From assembly GCA_963767925.1 (NCBI GenBank), contig CAVYGB010000008.1:1824001-1888000 (forward strand): DNA of 64,000 bases. The letters run 5' to 3'. This document shows positions 56,491 to 64,000 of this stretch, one piece after another (the stretch's first letter is position 1; every line of letters begins with the position of its first letter). Source of the stretch: an uncultured delta proteobacterium. Its GTDB lineage: Bacteria > Myxococcota_A > Polyangia > Fen-1088. Made by a program: the position numbers and the translations under genes. The notes beneath the pieces are model-generated. The model was not told the origin of the DNA and ran no database searches. It saw only the letters and a list, made by a program, of their open reading frames with translations.

Positions 56491-57511
56491 CTTGTCGTCT
56501 CTTGAGGGCCAGGGCCAGCAGGCGGAGGATCAGATCCTCGTAACTCATCCCCATCGCCTGGGCCGCTCGGGCGAAGCCCGCGCCCTGCCGCGACAGATCG
56601 CAGTTGGGGTTGACGTCGATTACCCAGGGCGTTCCGTCGGCGGCCAGCCGGACGTCCACCCGACCGTAGTCGCGCAGCTCGAGGGCGGTGAAGGCGGCCA
56701 GGGCCACCTGGCGAACCCGCTCGGCGATCGCCTCGGGCAGCTGGCAGGGCACCGGCTTGGTCCCCCGATAGTCCACCGATCCCTCGACCCACTTGGCCTC
56801 GAACGACACGATCCTGGGGCGGTCGGCGGGCATCTCCGAGAAGTCGATCTCGTGCAGCGGCAACACGCTGGGGGGGCCCCCATCGACCGATTCGAGCACT
56901 GACACGTTGATCTCCCGGCCCTCGACGTAACCCTCGACGAGCGCGGGCTGGCGATAGTGAGCCAGGATGAAGCGGACCCGGTCGTCGAGCTCCTCGCGCG
57001 ATCGCACCACCGATGAGGTGGCGATGCCAACCGAAGCGTCCTCCCGGGTGGGCTTGACGATGAGGGGAAAGGGCAGGTCCACCTGGCTCGTGTCGGGCCG
57101 GTCGAGGACGGCCGAGCCCGGCGTGGGCACGCCGCAGGCGACGAGCAGCTTCTTGGCCCGGTCCTTGTGGAGCGCGGCCAGCAGGCTGGGGGGCGGTGAG
57201 CCCGTGTAGACCAGACCTTCGTATTCGAGCAGCATCGGCAGCAGCGCCTCGAAGCGGTTGTCGCTGCGAAGGGACTCACACAGGTTGAACACCACCGCGG
57301 GTGCCGCCTGGGAGAGCGCCCGCACCGACCCGTACAGGTCCTCGCGCAGTCCCACGCTCATGACGTCCAGGCCAGCGGCCTGGAGAACCCGGGTGACGTC
57401 CAGGGCCACCTCTTGAATGTCTTCGCGGGCTCGATTCTCCGGGTCGGCCCCGGCGTCCTCGAAATCCCGGTTGAAGACCACCGCGACTCGCGGCTGCGTT
57501 CGTGTCTTCAC
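56342..57511 (-). CDS. D-Ala-D-Ala ligase-like ATP-grasp protein
   Basis: VFNLCE, YTGS, LHKDRAK, IVKPTREDASVGI, EGYVEGRE, YGRVDVR, IDVNPNCDL. Confidence 0.88.
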   Translation of the reverse strand: MKTRTQPRVAVVFNRDFEDAGADPENRAREDIQEVALDVTRVLQAAGLDVMSVGLREDLYGSVRALSQAAPAVVFNLCESLRSDNRFEALLPMLLEYEGLVYTGSPPPSLLAALHKDRAKKLLVACGVPTPGSAVLDRPDTSQVDLPFPLIVKPTREDASVGIATSSVVRSREELDDRVRFILAHYRQPALVEGYVEGREINVSVLESVDGGPPSVLPLHEIDFSEMPADRPRIVSFEAKWVEGSVDYRGTKPVPCQLPEAIAERVRQVALAAFTALELRDYGRVDVRLAADGTPWVIDVNPNCDLSRQGAGFARAAQAMGMSYEDLILRLLALALKRRQDADTIPLALRSRAPRRDHRASSGKPDGEPLSPGGSRLRHRAPRGGAGSA

Positions 57512-57572
57512 GCTCTAGCCATATTATCGGTCCGCTTTTGCGTTTTGCAATTGCAACCGGTCCAGCGCCCCT

Positions 57573-58397
57573 TCATCGGGAACTTTCACCGCCGAGTTGC
57601 AGCTCCGGTCCTTCCGGTCCTTCGGGCCACCAGCGCGAAGGCGCCTCCAGCTCCAGCGCCAAGGCCCGGGCCAGAAATCTGGCGAGCCCGGCCGCCAGCT
57701 CGTCGAGTGGCGGCGGTACTCCGCCACGAAGCTGCGCCAGGGACGTGACATGCGCACCGGGCAACCCGCAGGGCACGATGGCCGAAAACGCCCGCAGGTC
57801 CGGGCTGACATTCAAGGCAAGGCCGTGAATGGAGACACCGTGCCGCACCTGAACCCCGAAGGCGCAGATCTTGAACGCTCCGACCCACACCCCCGGTAAG
57901 GTGCGACGCCATTCCCCGCTGATCCCGTGCTGCGCGAGCAGATCGATCACTCCCCGCGCCATGCCCTCCACGTGGGCGAGCACCCCCCGGCGTAGCCGCA
58001 CGATGGGATAACAAACGAGCTGACCGGGGCCGTGGTAGGTGACCTCGCCGCCCCGGCTGGCCTGGCAGACCTGGATGCCCCGGGCCGCCAACTCGTCCGG
58101 CGGCAACAGGAGGTGCTCGGGGCGGGCCCGGCGACCCAGCGTGATCACCGGGTCGTGCTCGCAGAAAAGCAGGGTCTCGCGCCCCCGCCCTTCCAGGATC
58201 TCCTGACGCAGGCGTTCCTGCAGCGCGGCCGTTCGCTCGAACGGCTGCCGTCCCAGCCAGACCCAGGTTGCGGAGGCGATCAGGCTCGACCCTGGAAAGG
58301 TCGCCGAGGTGGCGACCGGTTCAGCCCTCTTGCAGCTCGGCGAAGAAGTCGGCGTCGACGAAGTCCACGCTGACCATGGTGTTGATGACGCCGACAC
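57573..58397 (-). CDS. lipB: Lipoyl(octanoyl) transferase LipB (start uncertain)
   Basis: EHDPVITLG, RGGEVTYHGPGQLVCYP, KICAFG, HGLALN, IVPCGL. Confidence 0.93.
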   Translation of the reverse strand: MSASSTPWSAWTSSTPTSSPSCKRAEPVATSATFPGSSLIASATWVWLGRQPFERTAALQERLRQEILEGRGRETLLFCEHDPVITLGRRARPEHLLLPPDELAARGIQVCQASRGGEVTYHGPGQLVCYPIVRLRRGVLAHVEGMARGVIDLLAQHGISGEWRRTLPGVWVGAFKICAFGVQVRHGVSIHGLALNVSPDLRAFSAIVPCGLPGAHVTSLAQLRGGVPPPLDELAAGLARFLARALALELEAPSRWWPEGPEGPELQLGGESSR

Positions 58398-60162
58398 CGT
58401 GGCGGATACAGGTCTCGGCCATGGCGGCGCCGTCGGCGACTTCGAGCGGGGGACCCGGCTGCTTCCACTCCGCGATGGCGTCTTCCGCCAGGCGGCCGGC
58501 CAGCAAGAGGACGCCCTCGTCCTGATTGCGCGCCCGGATGCCCGCGCGGAGCTCGCCGATCGCCCGCCGGCCCGCCGAAGCGGTGCCCGAGCGCAGGGCG
58601 ATCAGACAACGGGACGGACGGGCCCCCCGACCGCGCAAGGCCTCGAGGTAGATCGTCCCCTCGACCCGCTTGACGAAGGTGGCCGGGCCGAAGCCCTCCC
58701 GCTGCAGCAGCACCCGGGCGATGGCCTCGAAGGCCGCCGGGGTCAGCTCCGCCAGACGCAGCTCGAGCGCGGCGAGCGTCCGTTCGCGCAGGGCACGGCG
58801 CGCCTCCCCGAAGACGTGTTCGGCGCGCTCGAGGTCGAGATCGGGCGGCCGGCGCGCCAGGGCGAACAGGCCGCTGCCTGCTGCCCGCACGCGCGGGCGG
58901 AGCCCGGCCCGCAGGCGCTCACGCGGCTCGGCGGCGAGCGCCGCCCGCATCACGCGCCAGGCCTCGCTCGGCTCACCGTGGACCAGCCGCCGGCGGGTGC
59001 CGGCGTCGGCGAGCTGACGGACGTGCATGCCCCGACCGGGGGCCTGCCCCCGCAGGATCTCGATGGCGGCATCGAGGGGCGACATGATCCGGCGGCCAGC
59101 GCCCGAGTCGGCCTCCCCGCCTCCCCCGGGCGGCGATCCGCCGCCCTCGCTGGGACTTTCGGGTGGCGGGAGCGCGGTGCCCTCTTCGGCCTCCACCGCG
59201 GTCTCACCCCCGGCGGCCTCTCCCACCATCATCCCCGACTCGTCGCCGAAGCCGTCACCGGCACCCCGCCGGCGCCGGCGGCGCCGACGCCTCCGACCGG
59301 AAGGCCCTTCTTCGAAACCAGCCCCGGCTCCGCCACCGGGCGACGCAGCAGGTCGGGCGGCGAGATCGTCGGCGTCGCCCGCCTCGTCCTCGTCGTCCTC
59401 GTCGGAGTCGCCCTGGGCCGGCTTGGCCTCGCCCTCGTCGCCCTCTGGCTTCCCGAACGCCCCGGCGGCGAGCCCGTCGCCCTCCGCCCCGGCTGGATCG
59501 GACGCCCCTCCGGCGACCTCGGCGGCCTCGTCATCCGACTCCTCGGACTCTTCCGACTCGTCCTCGTCACCGTCGATCTCGTCGTCGCCTTCGAGGACGC
59601 CGGACTCGGCGAGCGCGGCGGCCCGCGCCTCGGGCGACAGGGTGTCGATGGCAAGCTCGTCCGGACCTTCGGCCGGGTTGTCGTCATCCTCTGCCATGGT
59701 CACCTCGTGAGCTGCGCCCCCAGCAGGGCTGACCGCGGCGCCGTTTTCCGTGACGAGGGCAGACCTGCCCTCTTCGCGCCGGCCGCGTCCTCGACCACCC
59801 CTTCGGCGACGACGGCCCCGACCCTCCGTGGCGGAGTCGGAGGCGGCGGCCGTCGATGCTCGGGCCCGCTCCGGCCGCTCCGGCCGCTCCGCCGGGCTGG
59901 CGACGGCCCGCGGGGGAGGCTCGGTCTCGGGCATGGCCTCGGGGTAGCGCAGGAGCCCGAACGTTCCAGGTTTCACTCGCACGAAAGGGTTGCCGGGAGC
60001 CTTCTTCACCGCCGCGGTAAGCTGGGTCTGCATGGTGACCTCGGGGGTGCGCCCCACGAAGGTCAGCAACTTCCGGTCCATCGCCTTCTGGGTGATGTCT
60101 TTGTAATGCAGAGGCTTGCGCTCGCGGCGGAGGATCTCCAGAGCGGCTTCGAGAAACGTCAT
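58321..60162 (-). CDS. Double HARE-HTH protein with acidic/Arg-rich disordered linker and degenerate Mrr-like C-terminal domain
   Basis: MTFLEAALEIL..KPLHYKDIT..GRTPEVTM; second copy SPLDAAIEIL..MHVRQLA; LTPAAFE.I..LL..EGF, VGR..IGELR, LEVADGAAMAE..IRHGVGV. Confidence 0.8.
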   Translation of the reverse strand: MTFLEAALEILRRERKPLHYKDITQKAMDRKLLTFVGRTPEVTMQTQLTAAVKKAPGNPFVRVKPGTFGLLRYPEAMPETEPPPRAVASPAERPERPERARASTAAASDSATEGRGRRRRRGGRGRGRREEGRSALVTENGAAVSPAGGAAHEVTMAEDDDNPAEGPDELAIDTLSPEARAAALAESGVLEGDDEIDGDEDESEESEESDDEAAEVAGGASDPAGAEGDGLAAGAFGKPEGDEGEAKPAQGDSDEDDEDEAGDADDLAARPAASPGGGAGAGFEEGPSGRRRRRRRRRRGAGDGFGDESGMMVGEAAGGETAVEAEEGTALPPPESPSEGGGSPPGGGGEADSGAGRRIMSPLDAAIEILRGQAPGRGMHVRQLADAGTRRRLVHGEPSEAWRVMRAALAAEPRERLRAGLRPRVRAAGSGLFALARRPPDLDLERAEHVFGEARRALRERTLAALELRLAELTPAAFEAIARVLLQREGFGPATFVKRVEGTIYLEALRGRGARPSRCLIALRSGTASAGRRAIGELRAGIRARNQDEGVLLLAGRLAEDAIAEWKQPGPPLEVADGAAMAETCIRHGVGVINTMVSVDFVDADFFAELQEG

Positions 60163-60309
60163 TGCGCCAAAGCTTTACCACAAAGACCCCACTTCGCGTG
60201 GTCCTGATCGCGCCCGGAGGACCTCCCCGCGCGCGAGGTCCCGCGGGAACGAACGGCGCCGGAGCTCGGTTTTTTTGACGATGTGCGAGCTAGGGGATAC
60301 CGGTGAGAT

Positions 60310-61314
60310 ATGAGCGGGAGCCAGCAGCGCATCGGGGTGCTCGTCGACGGCCTCAGCCGACCTCGGGAGTTCGCGTTTCGGTCGGGCGAGGCGATCATCG
60401 ACGCCCTCAAGGAGGCGGGGCACGACGCGCGACCGGTCTTCGTCGACCGGGACCTCGACCTCGCGCTCCGGCAGGGCCGGTTCGACGTCGCCTTTTTGGC
60501 TACACGGGGACGGTATTCGGCCGACGGGTGTGTGCAGGGACTGCTCGAGATGCTCGGAATCCCCTACACCGGCTCGGGCGTCTTCGCCTCCGCGCTGGCC
60601 ATGAACCGGGTCAAATCCAAGGAGGTCCTCCGCCTCGGCACCCTCCCCACCGCCCCTGGTTACGTGCTCCGATCGGGCACGCGCCGGAGCACCATCGAGC
60701 ACCACGGCGCCTTCGGCTTCCCGGTTGTCGTCTCGCCGGCCGACGCCGGCCTGGCGGTGGGCTCGTCGCTCGCCAAGGACGAGCTGGAGCTGGAGGCCGG
60801 GGTCGAGGAGGCGTTTCGCTACGGTGACGAGGTCCTCGTCGAACGGTTCGTCGACGGTAGGGTCATGGTGGTGGGGATCCTCGATGGCGCCCCCATCGGC
60901 ATCATGGACATCGGACCGGTGGAGAGCTGCCTCGGCGCCGCGGGCGAGGGACCGATTGGCCGCGAGGGCCGCCAGCGGCCCCGCTACCAGGCGGCTCGGC
61001 AGCGGTCGCTCATGCGCCTGGGGGAGATGGCGGCCGAGGCGATCGGCGTGGAGGGGCCGGCCCTCGTCGAGATGGTGGTGAGCGAGCGCTTCAACGAGGT
61101 GGTGGTCGGCATCGATGCCGCGCCCATGCTCACCCCGAACAGCCCCTACGCCCGCCTGGCCGCCGCCGCGGGCCTGGAGTTCAGCGAGCTCATCGAGGAG
61201 ATCCTCCGGGGCGCCCGCCTGCGGGCCCACGGCTGCCGCCGCGAGCGCCGTTCGGGGCGGCTGGCCTTCGAGGGGCCCGAACGCCGCAGCAGCCTGCTGG
61301 CCCTGCCCCACTGA
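60310..61314 (+). CDS. D-Ala-D-Ala ligase homolog with degenerate active site
   Basis: RIGVLVDGLSRPREFAFRSG, DGCVQGLLEMLGIPYTGSGVFASALAM, VLVERFVDG, PMLTPNS. Confidence 0.85.
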   Translation: MSGSQQRIGVLVDGLSRPREFAFRSGEAIIDALKEAGHDARPVFVDRDLDLALRQGRFDVAFLATRGRYSADGCVQGLLEMLGIPYTGSGVFASALAMNRVKSKEVLRLGTLPTAPGYVLRSGTRRSTIEHHGAFGFPVVVSPADAGLAVGSSLAKDELELEAGVEEAFRYGDEVLVERFVDGRVMVVGILDGAPIGIMDIGPVESCLGAAGEGPIGREGRQRPRYQAARQRSLMRLGEMAAEAIGVEGPALVEMVVSERFNEVVVGIDAAPMLTPNSPYARLAAAAGLEFSELIEEILRGARLRAHGCRRERRSGRLAFEGPERRSSLLALPH

Positions 61315-61360
61315 GCGACTGGGCTGAGCGTCGGACGCCGGCGTCGGCTACGATCCTCCG

Positions 61361-63379
61361 GTGTCGGGGCGGGCGAGGCGGGCGGTGGTCGTGCTGGCGG
61401 GAGCCAGCGCCGGCCTGTGCGTGACCGCCCTGGCGCTCTGGCACCTGGTGGCGGTGCCCTGGGCCGAGCGCAAGCTCGAGGCGGCCATCGGGCACCGGGC
61501 GGTGATGGGCTCGCTCTCCCTCTGGTCGGGGGGGGTTCGCGCCCAGCAAGTGACGATCTTCGGGGTCGAACCGTTCGCCTCGGTCCCGCTCGCGCGCGTG
61601 GCCGAGCTGGAGGTCCGGCTGGGAGGGCCGGGTTACCCGGTGTCCCGGCCGTCCGAGGTCTCTGCCCGCGGTGTCCAGATCACCTACCTCCGCGCCGGCG
61701 CGATCGACAACGTCCGGGGGCGCGCGGGGCGGACGGGGGGACCGTCCCGGGGTGGCGACGGCCCGCGGCCCCGGGTGGTGCTTCGCGATGGGCGCATCGA
61801 GGCCTTCGTCCGCCTGGGTCCGGGATATTCGCTGGTCGCCCGCGGCCGCCGGCTCACGATCGACCGGCCGGCGGAGGGCACGCTGTCCGCGACGCTGGAG
61901 GGGATCTCGGTGGATGTGCCGGGGCTGCTCACCCTGGCCGCCCCCCGCGTCGCCCTGACCTCCCGGGCCGGTCGGCGGAGCGTCCAGGGCGAGAGCATGA
62001 AGGTTGTATTGCCGGGGGGCGGGACCCTGCTCGACCAGCTCGCGCTGGTCGGCCAGATGTCGCCCGAGACCGCCACTCTGTCGCTGCGGAGTGCGGCGCC
62101 GAAGGGGGGCGCCGCTCCGCCCCCGCTGACGGCCAGCTTCGAGCTGCGGGACGGGGCGGCCCACGGCACGCTGGAAATTCCCCTCCTCCCCCTGGCCGCT
62201 CTGCGGCCCGCCCTCCAGAACCTGGGGGTCGAGACGGGCGCGGCCCAGGTGGGGCTCAAGGTGGTCATCGAGGCCCAGCTGGACGGCAAGAGCCAGATCT
62301 GGCTGCAGATGGACGCGGCGGGGCTGGGGCTGGCGCACGCCCGGCTCGACCGAACCTCCTGGGGCGGGCTCGACTTCTCGGTGCGGGGGCAGGCGGCGGT
62401 CGACCCGACCAGCGGGCGCATCGACCTCGAGCCGAGCGCCCTCACCATCCTGGGGCTGCCCCTTTCGGTCAGCGGCTGGAGCGAGCGCCTGCCGCGCTGG
62501 CGCGGCGAATGGAAGATCGAGACCCCGGCCGCCCGCCCTGCGGCCTGCGCCCGGCTGCTCGCCGCCCAGCCCGCGCCCATCCGCCGGGCCCTGGCGGGCA
62601 TGGAGCTGCAGGGCCAGCTCGGCCTGGCGGCCAGCCTCACCTTCGATGCCGCGAGCTGGGAGAGCCTCGGGCTGGCGGTCGAGATCGCTCCCCGCTGCCG
62701 GGTCGAGCGGGAGCCGACCGCCCTGCGGGCGCTGCTGCGGGCGGTGGGCGGTGGCCCCGGACTGCCGGCCTGGCAGGAGCTGCCTCTGAGCAGGGGTCAC
62801 CCCGACTTCGTCCCCCACGACGAGATGCCCCGCCACCTCACGGCCGCCTTCGTCACCGCCGAGGACGGCCGGTTCTTTCAGCACCGGGGCTTCGACCTGG
62901 AGATGATCCGGCGGGCCCTCGCCCACGATCTGGAGATCGGGACGCTGGCTCGAGGGGCCAGCACCATCACCCAGCAGCTGGCCAAGAACCTGTTCCTCGG
63001 GCACGAGCGCACCGTGGGGCGCAAGCTGGCGGAGCTGGTCCTCGGCTGGCGCCTTCACGAGACCCTCGGCAAGCAGGAGCAGCTCGAGCTCTACCTCAAC
63101 GTCATCGAGCTCGGTCCGGGCATCCGGGGGGTCAAGCGGGCGGCCGAGGTCTACTTCGGCAAGCCGGTGGCCAGGCTGACCCCGCTCGAAGCGGCCCACC
63201 TGGCGGCGCTGACGCCCAACCCGCTCGGCTTCGCCCGGCGCTTTCGCGAAGGACGGGTCGACGACGGCTGGCTGCACCGGCTGTACGACCTTCTCGGCAT
63301 GATGAAACGAAGTGGGCGATTGTCGGCGGCTGAGTTAAACTCTGCGCGTCAGTCGCGCCTCACGTTGCGCCGGATCTGA
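61361..63379 (+). CDS. Monofunctional peptidoglycan transglycosylase with long AsmA-like N-terminal region
   Basis: AEDGRFFQHRGFD, RGASTITQQLAKNLFL, RKLAE, LELYLNVIE.G; no transpeptidase domain. Confidence 0.9.
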   Translation: MSGRARRAVVVLAGASAGLCVTALALWHLVAVPWAERKLEAAIGHRAVMGSLSLWSGGVRAQQVTIFGVEPFASVPLARVAELEVRLGGPGYPVSRPSEVSARGVQITYLRAGAIDNVRGRAGRTGGPSRGGDGPRPRVVLRDGRIEAFVRLGPGYSLVARGRRLTIDRPAEGTLSATLEGISVDVPGLLTLAAPRVALTSRAGRRSVQGESMKVVLPGGGTLLDQLALVGQMSPETATLSLRSAAPKGGAAPPPLTASFELRDGAAHGTLEIPLLPLAALRPALQNLGVETGAAQVGLKVVIEAQLDGKSQIWLQMDAAGLGLAHARLDRTSWGGLDFSVRGQAAVDPTSGRIDLEPSALTILGLPLSVSGWSERLPRWRGEWKIETPAARPAACARLLAAQPAPIRRALAGMELQGQLGLAASLTFDAASWESLGLAVEIAPRCRVEREPTALRALLRAVGGGPGLPAWQELPLSRGHPDFVPHDEMPRHLTAAFVTAEDGRFFQHRGFDLEMIRRALAHDLEIGTLARGASTITQQLAKNLFLGHERTVGRKLAELVLGWRLHETLGKQEQLELYLNVIELGPGIRGVKRAAEVYFGKPVARLTPLEAAHLAALTPNPLGFARRFREGRVDDGWLHRLYDLLGMMKRSGRLSAAELNSARQSRLTLRRI

Positions 63380-63465
63380 ACCGAGGCTCCATCGCCCGGG
63401 CACCTGACCAGCCAGCCCAGCCCCCTCGGAAACGCGCCTCCCACTTCGTATACTTCGATCATCGC

Positions 63466-64000
63466 ATGACGTCCGCATCGTCTCTGGCCATGGCGCGCGA
63501 TCCCCGGACCCGGCGCCGGTTCCTGGCGGTCGCCGCGGGCGCGCTCTGCGTCCTGGCCACCGCCCGGACCGGGCGGGCCTCCCTGGTCCCGGCCCTCGAC
63601 CTGAGCGCGCTCACCGAGAGCGCCGGGCGGGTGGTGGTGGGCGAGGTGCTCTCGGTCCGCAGCCAGTGGGACCAGGCGCGCCGGTACATCTACACGACCG
63701 TCGAGGTCCAGGTGGCCGAGGTCTGGAAGGGCCAGACCCCCGCGAGCGGGCGGCTCCAGGTGGTGCAACCGGGCGGCTCGGTCGGCGACATCGAGATGCG
63801 GGTTCACGGGCTGCGATCGTTCCGGACGGGCGATCGCGCGGTGCTGTTCCTCAGCGCCGGAGCGCCGGCCTGGACGGTCGGTCTCGGGCAAGGTCACCGC
63901 CCCATGCGGTTCGACACCGCCCAGCGGCGCTGGCTGGTCGAGCCCGGCGACCGCTCCGCCGCCGTGAGGTCGCCGGCCGCCCAGAGCGCAGCGACCGATG
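63466..64000 (+). CDS. Secreted hypothetical protein with possible Tat signal (partial)
   Basis: Translated by hand: TRRRFLAV...ASLVPALDLSALTESAGRVVVGEV...IYTTVEV..EVWKG...PGGSVGD..RVHG..F..GDRAVLFL; open to the window end. Confidence 0.75.
   Translation, partial: MTSASSLAMARDPRTRRRFLAVAAGALCVLATARTGRASLVPALDLSALTESAGRVVVGEVLSVRSQWDQARRYIYTTVEVQVAEVWKGQTPASGRLQVVQPGGSVGDIEMRVHGLRSFRTGDRAVLFLSAGAPAWTVGLGQGHRPMRFDTAQRRWLVEPGDRSAAVRSPAAQSAATD

Noticed and set aside
58321..60162. Active type IV restriction (Mrr) defence system
   Set aside because: Catalytic motif degenerate, housekeeping context, no defence or mobile genes nearby
56342..61314. Vancomycin-resistance (van) cluster
   Set aside because: No vanH, vanX, vanR or vanS; the ligases lack Van/Ddl active-site motifs

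Overview
High-GC core chromosome segment. It is most likely from a Myxococcota (myxobacteria-related) bacterium, inferred from a MYXO-CTERM-like tail, a Tgl-like lipoprotein next to recO, GltA/B-like barrels and a TIGR04563-like small protein. Housekeeping genes: rel, gmk, yicC, polA, ppdK, recO, rpsA, cmk, smc, ftsY, lipB. Envelope genes: a TamB/Omp85 pair, a SPOR protein, Cys-rich lipoproteins and a transglycosylase. I saw no tRNA, rRNA, CRISPR array or mobile element. Most notable: (1) a self-contained two-gene surface operon (6674-11503) encoding a Cys-rich repeat lipoprotein and a MYXO-CTERM-like/TSP3 protein with an apparently dead zinc-metalloprotease domain; (2) an uncalled 54-aa very basic ORF behind rel that resembles a lineage-specific ribosomal or RNA-binding protein; (3) a double HARE-HTH protein with an acidic/Arg-rich disordered region and a degenerate Mrr-like domain; (4) an ATP-grasp/GNAT/pseudo-Ddl/transglycosylase cluster; (5) an ECF sigma/anti-sigma/mini-secretin triad; (6) several intact pseudo-enzymes. 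A cluster of single-base indels at about 39.9-52.5 kb breaks rpsA, smc, ftsY and others and is probably assembly error. All family assignments come from motif recognition by eye; no searches were run.
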